In this document: piece by piece, positions 26,639-36,391 of the stretch
Position numbering within the stretch: position 1 is the first letter of the stretch
How the letters are laid out: every line of letters starts with the position of its first letter
IMG/VR virus record: IMGVR_UViG_3300035135_000378
Span: 5,907 to 69,906 of that record
Strand: one strand, 5' to 3'
DNA from: a virus
Taxonomy: Duplodnaviria; Caudoviricetes
DNA: 64,000 nt
Translations under genes and position numbers: made by a program
Notes under the pieces: generated by a model
Seen by the model: the letters and a program-made list of their open reading frames with translations, nothing else
Told to the model about the DNA's origin: nothing
The model's database searches: none

Positions 26639-27197
26639 CGCGTTTTAGAAGTGCGACTGCATTCTCACCGTCACGGGACTCGTAGGTGTAGACACCTACC
26701 ATCGTGTACGGGAAATCGTCTTTGGTTAGGTGGTGTTCGGTGAGGTCAATAATCGCGGGGAACCATTCCTGTAGATAGTCATCCACAAGAATGTAAGGGA
26801 TATTCGCATCACGTGCGAGCTTCAGATCCGATGAGATACCACGTACACTATGGTCTCCGTCGATAAAGATAGTGTCAAAGTTTTTCAGGGTAGACGGAAT
26901 GAGACGTTTAGAGTCTGCCTTCATGAACGCGAATCGTTCGGGATACTTCTCTTTGAGTTTCTCTGCGTTAGGTACTGTGTACTTGTGCGTTGCTATATCG
27001 ACAGAACAGATCATGACTTCAGGATACATCTCTAACATCATGAACGCACTGTGTCCCGCGTTGAAGCCTATCTCCAGTACTTTCTTTGGACCGATCTGGT
27101 CGTATACCTCACGAAAAGTCTCCTGAGTCTTTTCACTGGGTACTAGGTGACCTTCAATCTTACCTTGAATGTCATCGGTCAAAAAATCTGTGTTCAT
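26625..27197 (-). CDS. class I SAM-dependent methyltransferase (paralog)
   Basis: VLEIGFNAGHSA, FDTIFIDGDH, ILVDDY. Confidence 0.85.
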   Translation of the reverse strand: MNTDFLTDDIQGKIEGHLVPSEKTQETFREVYDQIGPKKVLEIGFNAGHSAFMMLEMYPEVMICSVDIATHKYTVPNAEKLKEKYPERFAFMKADSKRLIPSTLKNFDTIFIDGDHSVRGISSDLKLARDANIPYILVDDYLQEWFPAIIDLTEHHLTKDDFPYTMVGVYTYESRDGENAVALLKRDDTP

Positions 27198-27784
27198 CGG
27201 GTTATTTCGTTAGATGCAAATAGAATGCGGTGACCTGTTCTCATGTGTACTCCTTCGAACACTGGTGCACCTAATATGTTGTGTGTTGGATCACCCTTGG
27301 TGACTCGCACCTGATCACCCTTGCTAACATCGACGCATCCTAGAGTCATCGACTCATTGCGCATACGATATAGGCCTGGACCCAGTGAACCGTCGCTCAG
27401 CAGGTACCACTGTGAGTTTTCTGAGAGTACGTCAAGAATATCGATCCCAGTTTCCGCGTGGATCTTGTCTATCTGTCTGTCGGACAGGTCACCATGTTCT
27501 TTGATCAGTGCAAGTGCCGCACCATAACGTGCGACGAACGATGAACCGCCTGGGGCCTTCGCCATGATCTTCTTCAGGTTAAACACAAGACGATGGAACG
27601 AGGTGTAGTGAGTACGATACGCTTCACGATTGTACATATCGTCTGTATTGAAATCCTTATTCTTATTACCGTCCTTGTCAATGATACCCGCCTTGAACGC
27701 GCCAGTATCCTCGAACTTGGTTACGAGTAACTTTAGAAAACGTATCGTGTATACTACGTCTGCAGCTTGTTTTAGGATTCCCAC
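27194..27784 (-). CDS. conserved T4-like hypothetical protein
   Basis: YT.RFLKLLV..F....AFKAGIID.DG motif. Confidence 0.75.
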   Translation of the reverse strand: MGILKQAADVVYTIRFLKLLVTKFEDTGAFKAGIIDKDGNKNKDFNTDDMYNREAYRTHYTSFHRLVFNLKKIMAKAPGGSSFVARYGAALALIKEHGDLSDRQIDKIHAETGIDILDVLSENSQWYLLSDGSLGPGLYRMRNESMTLGCVDVSKGDQVRVTKGDPTHNILGAPVFEGVHMRTGHRILFASNEITR

Positions 27785-28140
27785 TTCAATTCCCTCAGAT
27801 AATCTATTACGTATTTATCCATTTTGATTCCTGTGATCTCTTCATTTTTTATCGCACGTAGGTAGATCAAGAACGGTTTGAGTGCTGGCCAGTGTTCGAG
27901 AGGAATCTTGAGTGCAAGAATCTGAACCCCCGCTTCGTAACCGAACACATTGAAAATCACAATCAAGTGGTTGAGTATCAAACGATGTGATAGTTCTCCG
28001 GTGGTGTAATACCGATTGATCAATCGCTTCACATACTTGAATCGTTTGAGGTCATCTAGGAACTCATCACCATCAATATGTTTTGGATTGTAGTAGTGTT
28101 TCGCCGCGTATACAACTAAGTTATTCTTGTTTAACTTCAT
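27772..28140 (-). CDS. conserved T4-like hypothetical protein
   Basis: YA.KHY.NP, EF.DDLKRFKYVKRL, LILNHLI...NVFG. Confidence 0.8.
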   Translation of the reverse strand: MKLNKNNLVVYAAKHYYNPKHIDGDEFLDDLKRFKYVKRLINRYYTTGELSHRLILNHLIVIFNVFGYEAGVQILALKIPLEHWPALKPFLIYLRAIKNEEITGIKMDKYVIDYLRELKWES

Positions 28141-29086
28141 AATATGGGTCAATAAACTCTGGTAATGAATAGTCAATCGGTAGTTCCGGTTTGAGTTTAT
28201 TTAGTGCATCGACAAGTGGCTCCATCCAATCGTAGTTGATAATGATGTCTCCGCTCGATGTAACGTTACGCGTTATTGACGATCGGTCTGCGAGTTGCAC
28301 ATAGGTAAAGGCCCAGCGTTCCTTACGTATGCGCATATCTATAACACCATCATGAGCCAACTTACGCAACTGGTGCATCTGGTATGCGTCTTCACCTATA
28401 CGCAGTGTATTGTCGTAGTGCATGAGTTTCGCTGCCTTGCGCGAGAAAAACACGATGCGACTGAATGATTCCTGACGGTCACAGTGGTCCTTGTAGATGT
28501 CGTTCAACTCTCTACGTTTTTTCGCCCAGCGCACTGCAGTGTTCTGAGATACACTGAAGTCTCGCATGTATGCAGCCGCGATGGTCTCTACAGGTAGGTT
28601 CTCGTGTTTGGCGTCCATAGTGTAGTCGTGTGGATACCTTGGTATAAGATCCTGTGGGATATACCAACCATCTCTCTTCACCGTACGAGAATCATACTGA
28701 CCATCCCACAGACCCTTACGGTATCCATGCAGACACAGTTGATTGTAGAGGCATATAACGTCGGGTGCGTCTGGTCGCATCGCAACCGTTCGGTACAGGT
28801 TCCTACCGTACTTGGTAATGATGTCATCACCATCCACATGAACAAAGTACTCGTTGTCACTCTCCAGAAAGAGTTTCAACACAGAGTTCTTTCCCGTTGC
28901 GGCTGTACCGTCGGATTCCGTGACGTAATGTTCTATACCATGTTTGACACAGAACTCTATCGCAGACTGTTCGTAGTCCGTGTCCAGAGTATTGATGACA
29001 ACAACGACATCATTTATTTTGAGTGTATCAAACTGACGAGCCAAGGTCGCGAGACCGTTACTCGTTAGAATATAGTACTTGAACAT
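28121..29086 (-). CDS. GT-A (GT2-like) glycosyltransferase
   Basis: TGKNSVL, VHVDGDD (DxDD), GED. Confidence 0.7.
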   Translation of the reverse strand: MFKYYILTSNGLATLARQFDTLKINDVVVVINTLDTDYEQSAIEFCVKHGIEHYVTESDGTAATGKNSVLKLFLESDNEYFVHVDGDDIITKYGRNLYRTVAMRPDAPDVICLYNQLCLHGYRKGLWDGQYDSRTVKRDGWYIPQDLIPRYPHDYTMDAKHENLPVETIAAAYMRDFSVSQNTAVRWAKKRRELNDIYKDHCDRQESFSRIVFFSRKAAKLMHYDNTLRIGEDAYQMHQLRKLAHDGVIDMRIRKERWAFTYVQLADRSSITRNVTSSGDIIINYDWMEPLVDALNKLKPELPIDYSLPEFIDPYYEVKQE

Positions 29087-29096
29087 TTAGTGGGAG

Positions 29097-29282
29097 TTAC
29101 GCAGACTCAATCTGTGCGATTAGGTCAGCCTTTCGCTTGCGCATATCAAGTTTAATACCGCGACTATCCGCGATCTCTTTCAACTCGGCTTTAGTGAAAG
29201 ATTCTAATGATACATCTACTTTAACCGGAGCCGGGTGAGTTTCCTCACCCTTCCCGAAAAGTTTTTTCAAAAAACTAATCAC
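29097..29282 (-). CDS. small protein with Rho-N/HeH-like domain
   Basis: TKAELKEIA...GI....RK.DLI..I. Confidence 0.65.
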   Translation of the reverse strand: MISFLKKLFGKGEETHPAPVKVDVSLESFTKAELKEIADSRGIKLDMRKRKADLIAQIESA

Positions 29283-29489
29283 TTACTCATCATCCTCTTC
29301 AGATTCATCTTCGACAGGAGCCTCTTCGACTTCTACCTTCTTAGACTTCTTAGGTGCACGTGCTTCACACCATTCGGAGATCTGTGCGTCTGACAAACCA
29401 ACTGCCTTTAATAGTTCACCAGTCTTTGGGTCTACCCAACCTTTAGGTGAAGGCACTGCATGTCTGCACCAACTTGGAGCGTTAATCAT
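29283..29489 (-). CDS. conserved T4-like hypothetical protein
   Basis: AP.WC..AVP...GW.DPKTGELL. Confidence 0.7.
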   Translation of the reverse strand: MINAPSWCRHAVPSPKGWVDPKTGELLKAVGLSDAQISEWCEARAPKKSKKVEVEEAPVEDESEEDDE

Positions 29490-29490
29490 A

Positions 29491-29730
29491 TTAATAACCT
29501 CGTTTTTCTCTAATTTGCATTATGATCAACTCTTTAGTTTGGTTGACCATACCGCGTGTTTCTAGTCCCAGATTCCTAGCCAGATCAAGTAATTCTGGTT
29601 TAGTCATCTGATATAGATTTCTTCGATCACCGTTAGGAATGACGTTAGTGTCTTTCGGACGCGCCCTATTCCTAAGCCAAACTGCAATGACCGCGGCTAC
29701 TGCTACAACTACTGCAATGATCTCGAACAT
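29491..29730 (-). CDS. membrane-anchored protein with Rho-N/HeH-like domain
   Basis: N-terminal TM; MTKPELLDLA..LGL...TKE.II. Confidence 0.65.
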   Translation of the reverse strand: MFEIIAVVVAVAAVIAVWLRNRARPKDTNVIPNGDRRNLYQMTKPELLDLARNLGLETRGMVNQTKELIIMQIREKRGY

Positions 29731-29733
29731 GAT

Positions 29734-30591
29734 TTATTTTCCTTTTACAGGACTCTTATCACCGTTAGATAGGTTGTCTGCACCGTTGCGAGCTGGTGCC
29801 TGCTTCATATCTTTCCCTGCAGCCTTGAAGGTTTTATTGTGACCATCTTCTTCGTCGTCTTCGTACTTCTTCTCAGACTTCTTATGCTTCGCAATAAACT
29901 CTTTAGACTTCGGTGACTCTTTAGAGTCGATCTTTTCTCCCTCAAGTGCATTCGCCTTCGGATTCGCTGCCTCTTGCAACTGAGCCCAAAAGTCTTCGAA
30001 TGTCTCAGCTAGGTCCAGACCATCTACAGGATTGTAGGAATCTGATACTGCATTGAAACTTACGTATACACGTTTGAAAGTACCATTGTTACTCTGGTGG
30101 AACTGAGAGATAGCTTCACTAGAGGAATCACCACGACCACGACCGATTACTTTCTTAGTACCGCTTGAAGTAGTACCGTAGATGGTATATAGACCTTCTT
30201 TAACAGTACCCTCGATCTTAGAAATTTCTGCAGTCTTACCTGCAGGTTTCTTTGCAACTTTCTTTTTATCGTCACCGTCGTCTGCTGGCTTGTCACCACC
30301 ATCGATTGCGTCGTCAGTTGCAGCGCGTTTCTTGTGTAGGTACTCATCCGAAGAATCTACGTCACCGTCATTGTCGATGTCCTTGTCCTTACGATCCTTG
30401 AACTTCTTGTCGTTCTCTTTATCGTCTACTGGATCAAGTTTCTTCTCATGTACACCCTTGTCGTCACAGTGGTCACATCCTTTGCCTTCGCACTTAGGAC
30501 ATTCTTTCGCCTCTGCAACTTCTTCAACTTGCTCAGAGACCGACTGCTTCATAGACAAGTAAGCCTCCATAATTTTATTAATGTTTGACAT
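29734..30591 (-). CDS. highly charged putative prohead core/scaffold-associated protein
   Basis: CPKCEGKGCDHC zinc motif, DIDNDGDVDSSDEY EF-hand-like loop, E/K/D-rich. Confidence 0.7.
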   Translation of the reverse strand: MSNINKIMEAYLSMKQSVSEQVEEVAEAKECPKCEGKGCDHCDDKGVHEKKLDPVDDKENDKKFKDRKDKDIDNDGDVDSSDEYLHKKRAATDDAIDGGDKPADDGDDKKKVAKKPAGKTAEISKIEGTVKEGLYTIYGTTSSGTKKVIGRGRGDSSSEAISQFHQSNNGTFKRVYVSFNAVSDSYNPVDGLDLAETFEDFWAQLQEAANPKANALEGEKIDSKESPKSKEFIAKHKKSEKKYEDDEEDGHNKTFKAAGKDMKQAPARNGADNLSNGDKSPVKGK

Positions 30592-30610
30592 TATGTCAGT
30601 CTCCTAAAAA

Positions 30611-30925
30611 TTACGCGTCAAAAAACATTTTGACAATAATACCGGCGAAGACTGTTGCAGTTAGAGTAATAATATACTGCATAACCTTAACAGTCTTGCC
30701 CTGTTCCTTTACCTCATCTTCCAAATCGTCCATTCTTTGGGAGAATCGATTCATTCTCTCGAAGTGTTGTTGGGCTGACTTGTCGATGTTTATTAATTTC
30801 TCCTCGGCGCGAGCAAGGTTGATCATCGCGTCAGAAAGCTTGTCTATCTTGTCCTCGATTCTTGCGAGGCGCTGTTCTTCACGTTGCACATGCTCATACA
30901 ATTTCTTATCTGTTGTATCTGCCAT
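30611..30925 (-). CDS. coiled-coil protein with C-terminal TM
   Basis: RL.RIE.KIDKL heptads; C-terminal hydrophobic segment. Confidence 0.7.
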   Translation of the reverse strand: MADTTDKKLYEHVQREEQRLARIEDKIDKLSDAMINLARAEEKLINIDKSAQQHFERMNRFSQRMDDLEDEVKEQGKTVKVMQYIITLTATVFAGIIVKMFFDA

Positions 30926-30993
30926 TGTCGGATAAACCCATTAAAGTGAATAGTCTAAGTCATATAATGACTCATTATTTTTTAAGGTAACTC

Positions 30994-31001
30994 TATTTAT
31001 A
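30994..31001 (-). promoter_or_regulatory. T4-type late promoter
   Basis: TATAAATA. Confidence 0.65.
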
Positions 31002-31010
31002 ATGTATCAA

Positions 31011-31328
31011 TTACCATGCTTTGCACGACCAGTATCGCGCCTTCCACTTCGGGCCAGGGTCTGAACAGTTGTGTCTCGCCCTGAAACTCTTCCTACGTGC
31101 AGGGTTGTCTTTTTTAATCTCCATGTTAGGGTCTCCGAATGAGACCTTCACGACATTACCCTTATCGTTTGTTACATAGACGTAGAATTTTTTAGAACCT
31201 CCACGTACAGGCTTGTTCAAGGTAACCGTCTTACCCTGATACTCTGCCTCGGTCAGCTCTAACTCTTCGTCGAGTGATGCACACGCCTCACAACAACCTT
31301 CTTCTACGTACTGTTTAAACTTTTTCAT
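31011..31328 (-). CDS. conserved T4-like protein with capsid-targeting-like N-terminus
   Basis: MKKFKQYVEE; KFYVYV...GNVVKVSFG...ARRKSFRARH.C...RYWSC. Confidence 0.8.
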   Translation of the reverse strand: MKKFKQYVEEGCCEACASLDEELELTEAEYQGKTVTLNKPVRGGSKKFYVYVTNDKGNVVKVSFGDPNMEIKKDNPARRKSFRARHNCSDPGPKWKARYWSCKAW

Positions 31329-31555
31329 GACATAGCGTTCTTGGCGATTGATAAAACGTTCGCCTTTGTTGGTTTTGGGTGACTACCAAGATCTACAACC
31401 TTGCCGCTCTTGGTCTTTAAAGACAGAGAGTATCCGTCTTGCTTACCACGCATACCTTTGGTGTTTCTCTTAGTAGCTGTAACAGTACCGTAAGGTGTTT
31501 GGTGCGCAATCGCAACGTCACCCACTGCTTCTCTCAATTCCTGAAATGTTTTCAT
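31325..31555 (-). CDS. basic protein with capsid-targeting-like N-terminus
   Basis: MKTFQELRE. Confidence 0.7.
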   Translation of the reverse strand: MKTFQELREAVGDVAIAHQTPYGTVTATKRNTKGMRGKQDGYSLSLKTKSGKVVDLGSHPKPTKANVLSIAKNAMS

Positions 31556-31556
31556 T

Positions 31557-31739
31557 TTAACTTCCTCTTGATGCTCCTCGAAATACCTTCGTACCAGATA
31601 CGGGATTAACTGTCTTTCCTACTTTAGTGTTGTGAGGATTGAAGTTAAGTCCACCGTAATTATTATCACTTGTCTGTTGCAGTCTTTGTTTCTTTGCAGC
31701 CGACATCTTTTTATTACGCGGTTTCTTCGATTTGCTCAT
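31557..31739 (-). CDS. small basic hypothetical protein
   Basis: K/R-rich ORF in packed late operon. Confidence 0.6.
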   Translation of the reverse strand: MSKSKKPRNKKMSAAKKQRLQQTSDNNYGGLNFNPHNTKVGKTVNPVSGTKVFRGASRGS

Positions 31740-31747
31740 ACCATGTC

Positions 31748-32194
31748 CTATGTTATGTAACAGTTTAATTCGTATCGACGGTTATCTAAGTTAGTTACCT
31801 GTACCGCCAATCTCTTATTCTTTTGACCAACCAACTTCAAGGTGAAACTATTAGTCTTACCATTAGATGGTTTCTTTGGTCCGGTTGCGACTTTATCATC
31901 GATGTCGCTCTTGTCTACCTCAAAGCCTTTTTTCTTTGCAAATGCATATGACGCCTGCATTGCATCTGAATATGTCTTGTGGTAGATAGGGTAATCGTTC
32001 TTACCTTCTACTGCGTATCCCATCTTCTTCAGGTCATCCTTACTATAAGATGGTGGTGGCTTACTGAAAAAGTCAGATGCCTTCTTAATCTTATCTAGTC
32101 TTTTCTTAGAACCAAGACCATGCTTCGACGCACGAGCGGAAAGACGGTCTTGTGCAGACCGCCTCCCTTCTCGTATTTCAGTAAACTTTTTCAT
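31748..32194 (-). CDS. basic protein with capsid-targeting-like N-terminus
   Basis: MKKFTEIRE; GP.KPS.GKTNSF, YELN.YI. Confidence 0.75.
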   Translation of the reverse strand: MKKFTEIREGRRSAQDRLSARASKHGLGSKKRLDKIKKASDFFSKPPPSYSKDDLKKMGYAVEGKNDYPIYHKTYSDAMQASYAFAKKKGFEVDKSDIDDKVATGPKKPSNGKTNSFTLKLVGQKNKRLAVQVTNLDNRRYELNCYIT

Positions 32195-35100
32195 TATGAT
32201 ATTCTACGTAGAACTAGTAGGCCACCGACACCGTTTTGACCGCTCGCGCCACCAAGGCCTGCACTATCAGTACGATATGGTGCATTGAAATCCAGACCAC
32301 CTGTAGATGCGTCGGTCAACTCCGATGAGATGAAACCGGAACCACCACCACCAGCACCTGGCCCGCTGTTTATACCACCGGCACCACCGAAGTAGCCACC
32401 GCCACCACCAGCACCGACACCTAGACCTGTACCACCTTGTAGTGCAGAGCCTGGGCCACCGGAACCGGAACCACCTGCAGTCTGCGAACCACCTAGTCCA
32501 GCTCGACCACCGTTAGAACCGTTGCCGCCGTTTAGACCACCACCGGCACCACCAGTACCGATATCACCGGAACCACCACCGCCACCACCAGCGATGATTA
32601 GTGCAGACGCTTGAGATACCTCGCTGATGAAGACACCAGTGTAACCACCACCTGCGCCACCGTCGAACTCAGATCCGGTTGACTGTTCGTTTGCACCACC
32701 GCCTGTTGCAAGTGCACCGTATGCAGTGTTGCTGGATGGGTCTTGAGAACCACCTTCACCACCACCACCGACGACTACTTGATACTCAACGCCTGGGACA
32801 AATGTGTATCTACCAGTTGAGTAACCACCATAACCACCTGTGTAGTTACTTGATCTCTTAGTACCACCACCGCCGGCACCCCATAGATGCATTTCCATGA
32901 TCATAGGTTGACCAACAGTGAAACTCGTTGAGTGATAACCCATACCAGCTGCAGCCGCATTCAATGAAATAGTATCGTCGATCGCTAGTTCTGCAGAGTC
33001 AGTTGCATTACCTGTGAATGTAACAGTTGGTGCTGGTGGAATAATTTCTGTCTTATAGTAACGAACTGGTGGTGGTGGATAATCACCTAGTGTCGCAGTT
33101 GGTACAGAGAAGTTTTCTGTGTAGATTGCAGTACCTTTGACAAGTCTAATATCTGCTAGTTTTCCGTGCCAGTAGTTTGTATCTCCTTGCCCAATGAGTG
33201 TCATTCCAGCAGTGAAACTGCCAGTGTAAGATAATGTACTAGATTGCGCCACACCATTAATATACATGGTAATAGTGTTGCTGTTTCTTACAATGGCTAT
33301 ATGATTCCATTCTTGTAACGCAAGTACGGCATTACTGAAGATTTCTTGACGTGGACTTGGACCACCTATCTGGAATGCAATTTGACCCGTTGAACCTACT
33401 TGATTGACTCTCCATGTTTCTGCGGAAGTATATGCACCCGCCTCAACCATTCTTCCCCAAGGGCTTGTAGAAGCATTTTCGTGATAGAACCATGTTTCAA
33501 ACGTAAAGTCTTCAGATCCCATAATAACATCATTGGAAGATGGGACACTTATATAATCACCGCTACCATCAAATGCAATTACGTTACCCGATGTATAAGG
33601 TGACCCAAGAGCTGTTGTGACATCACCATTAAGTGTTAGACTATGTGAAGAAGATGATGCATCTGAAACTCCACCGTTACCTGAGATTAGAAGAGATGTT
33701 CCCGCAACTGCAGTCAATGCAGAAGTAGGTGCAGCAGTTGGTGCAACTGCGCTTCCTTTGATTGCGCGAACATCTGCGATCTTACCAGCGAAGTATGCGT
33801 TACCACCATCGACATCGAATCCTCGACCGATTCTGAACTCACCTACACTGAAGTCAAACGTCTGACCTGAAGAGATGGTTGTAGTACCGTCTTGAGTTCC
33901 GTTTACATAGAACGACAGACTGGTTCCACTACGTACCAATGCGATGTGATGCCACGTGTTGTGACTCAATGTATTGGCTGTAGTTAATGCAGGGTCACCC
34001 AAACCATTTGTGTATAGGAATAGTTTGTTGTCATGACCTACATTATCAAATCTTAATGACGCAGAACCCGCCGCATTATAATCTGAACCTGAGAAAATAC
34101 CTGGCCAGTTAGTAGACTGAGTTGCAGCGTTAATCCACATCTCTACTGTAAAGTCACCACTACCGAAGTTGAAGTCATCATGGTCTGCGATAGAAATATA
34201 ATCACCGTTACCATCGAACGACATAGATGTTGTAGAATCATGTGGTGAACCAGAAACTACCGCAACGTCACCGTTGATAGTTAGTGCGTGTGAGTTGGAT
34301 GAGCTGTCTACAATACCTGAGTCGGTTCCGTTAAGGTGTAGTGATACTTGTGATGGAACTTCTGGAGTAGCCCCATCGAAAGGAGCAGTCGGTACAGAGA
34401 AGTTTTCTGTGTAGACTGCCGTGCCTTTGACGATTCTTAGATCGGAAATCTTTCCTTCGAAGTCTTGTATCGTTCCTCCAAAATATTTTCCAACATATGT
34501 TGTACTACTATTGGTTCCAATATCAACATTATATGCATGACTTCCAACTGCATTTCCATCTTGATAGAAGGTTAATATATTATTTGATCTGACAACAGCA
34601 ACATGAACCCAACGATTACTAATAAAATTGGCAGTCGCATCCACTATGTCAGAACCATTAGCATGATAAAATCTCAGTTTTCCACCGTAACCATAAGTAA
34701 ATGTAAATCCAGTTGAATCTGAGATAATTGTATCGTCATTATCTCCAGTATGATATACAAATGCTTCTACAGTAAAATCTCCTGTTTCAAAATCTATTGA
34801 AGATCCGTTGAGAGTTAAGTAATCACCATTACCGTCGAACGTCATTGACTTACCAGTACCATATGGAGAGTCTTCAACGACAGTAGTATTACCGAATACA
34901 GAAATAGACTCAACACTTTGCGACTCATCACGGATAGCTGCGTTGTTACCTGATAGTAGTAGCGATGTTCCTGTGACTGCCTCTAGTGGTGCAGTTGATG
35001 GAATGAAGTCTGTAGTATAGACTGCTGTTCCTTTGACAACACGAACATCGGAGTAAATAGCATTAGGATTTCCAGAGACAGCGCCCGATGGTTCTGCCGC

Positions 35101-36387
35101 GCCAACTGCAATGCCCGTAGACATATCATCTGATGTTACCCCACTAACATCCGCAGAAACGATCAAAGTGCCGTTTCGATAAAATGATAGATCCGAACCA
35201 TTTCTAACTATCGCAATATGATACCATTCACCAGCAGATATACCGTGAGGAGCATTTATGTTTAGATTAAGAAAAGAAGATAAACCAACTTGTATATTTG
35301 TTGATCCAATTGCTATGTCAAATCCGGTATTACTATTAGTTGGCCCACCACCCAATATCCACGCTGAGGCAGGGTATCCATTTCCACTAGGCATTGTTTT
35401 ATAATATGCCCAAGTTTCTACTGTAAAGTCACCTGTGCCGAAACTAAAGTCGCCGTTTTCATTAGATGAAGTCAGATAATCACCATTACCATCAAACACA
35501 TACGAACCACCGTGCAACGATTCAGAATATCCTACGTAATCATATGGTGAAAACGGTTTTGGATATACATCACCTGTTATAGTTAGATCAGATGATACAT
35601 ATGGTAGATTACATGTTAATAAAGCGGTGTTTGAAATAGATGTTAGTGGTGATGTTGGAGGAGTAAAATCACCAGTATAAACTGCATCATTTACTACTCT
35701 CAAGTCTCTTATATACCCGTTGAATACAGAATAGCTACCTCTGTTACTACCTATAGTAATATCAGTAGATGTCAAATTTACTGAGTTTGATACCGATCCT
35801 TGACTTACACCATTGCCATACAGTGTAAGTGTTCCACCAGAACGGACTAACGCAACATGCACCCATTCATTATCATTAAAGGTAGTTGGACCAGTTATGT
35901 ACCCAAGGTTGTGAGTTCCTGCGTATAAAACATTATTGCTTCTAAACTGAACATTTATACCAGTGTTATTATCAACTGCTATAGGTCTAGTATCCCAGAT
36001 CAACTGATTAGCCGAAGAATCTGTTACATAAACCCATGCCTCGACAGTAAAATCGCCTGTGCCTGGAGGAGTTAATCCAGTTTTTTCTATGTGATTTGTG
36101 CCTGTGTTATATAAAGAGTATCCACCGGAGCGATATGGGCTGAATGATGATTGCGTAACATCACCATTAACCGTAATTGCATGACTGTTAGTTGAACTGT
36201 CAACTACTGAACCGTCAGCAGTTGCAGATGCGTCAAGTAACAAAGATACATCATTAGATGTACTGCTGGTGGTGGATGATACTACATTTCCGTCCACATC
36301 TACTTCGATAGTTCGGAGTGCAGTCTTAGTACCAAAGAGCTGGGTCTTTGGATTTAATTGATGTCCGCCGTAAAATTTGATAGCCAT
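32194..36387 (-). CDS. large fibre/adhesin with four LamG/concanavalin-A-like domains and Gly-rich C-terminal domain
   Basis: repeated FDG.GDY...GDFTVE.W...W.HVA.VR.G....Y.NG...G.I.D.R.VKG.A.YT..F.P units; GGG-rich tail. Confidence 0.85.
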   Translation of the reverse strand: MAIKFYGGHQLNPKTQLFGTKTALRTIEVDVDGNVVSSTTSSTSNDVSLLLDASATADGSVVDSSTNSHAITVNGDVTQSSFSPYRSGGYSLYNTGTNHIEKTGLTPPGTGDFTVEAWVYVTDSSANQLIWDTRPIAVDNNTGINVQFRSNNVLYAGTHNLGYITGPTTFNDNEWVHVALVRSGGTLTLYGNGVSQGSVSNSVNLTSTDITIGSNRGSYSVFNGYIRDLRVVNDAVYTGDFTPPTSPLTSISNTALLTCNLPYVSSDLTITGDVYPKPFSPYDYVGYSESLHGGSYVFDGNGDYLTSSNENGDFSFGTGDFTVETWAYYKTMPSGNGYPASAWILGGGPTNSNTGFDIAIGSTNIQVGLSSFLNLNINAPHGISAGEWYHIAIVRNGSDLSFYRNGTLIVSADVSGVTSDDMSTGIAVGAAEPSGAVSGNPNAIYSDVRVVKGTAVYTTDFIPSTAPLEAVTGTSLLLSGNNAAIRDESQSVESISVFGNTTVVEDSPYGTGKSMTFDGNGDYLTLNGSSIDFETGDFTVEAFVYHTGDNDDTIISDSTGFTFTYGYGGKLRFYHANGSDIVDATANFISNRWVHVAVVRSNNILTFYQDGNAVGSHAYNVDIGTNSSTTYVGKYFGGTIQDFEGKISDLRIVKGTAVYTENFSVPTAPFDGATPEVPSQVSLHLNGTDSGIVDSSSNSHALTINGDVAVVSGSPHDSTTSMSFDGNGDYISIADHDDFNFGSGDFTVEMWINAATQSTNWPGIFSGSDYNAAGSASLRFDNVGHDNKLFLYTNGLGDPALTTANTLSHNTWHHIALVRSGTSLSFYVNGTQDGTTTISSGQTFDFSVGEFRIGRGFDVDGGNAYFAGKIADVRAIKGSAVAPTAAPTSALTAVAGTSLLISGNGGVSDASSSSHSLTLNGDVTTALGSPYTSGNVIAFDGSGDYISVPSSNDVIMGSEDFTFETWFYHENASTSPWGRMVEAGAYTSAETWRVNQVGSTGQIAFQIGGPSPRQEIFSNAVLALQEWNHIAIVRNSNTITMYINGVAQSSTLSYTGSFTAGMTLIGQGDTNYWHGKLADIRLVKGTAIYTENFSVPTATLGDYPPPPVRYYKTEIIPPAPTVTFTGNATDSAELAIDDTISLNAAAAGMGYHSTSFTVGQPMIMEMHLWGAGGGGTKRSSNYTGGYGGYSTGRYTFVPGVEYQVVVGGGGEGGSQDPSSNTAYGALATGGGANEQSTGSEFDGGAGGGYTGVFISEVSQASALIIAGGGGGGSGDIGTGGAGGGLNGGNGSNGGRAGLGGSQTAGGSGSGGPGSALQGGTGLGVGAGGGGGYFGGAGGINSGPGAGGGGSGFISSELTDASTGGLDFNAPYRTDSAGLGGASGQNGVGGLLVLRRIS

Positions 36388-36391
36388 TTGT

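Noticed and set aside
32220-32900. Dense ACC/CCA repeats resembling a repeat array or CRISPR
   Set aside because: These are Gly codons of the adhesin tail; there is no constant repeat-spacer periodicity. No CRISPR array was seen anywhere in the window.
32194-36387. Diversity-generating retroelement acting on the adhesin repeats
   Set aside because: No reverse transcriptase or non-coding template repeat; differences between repeats are not adenine-specific by eye.
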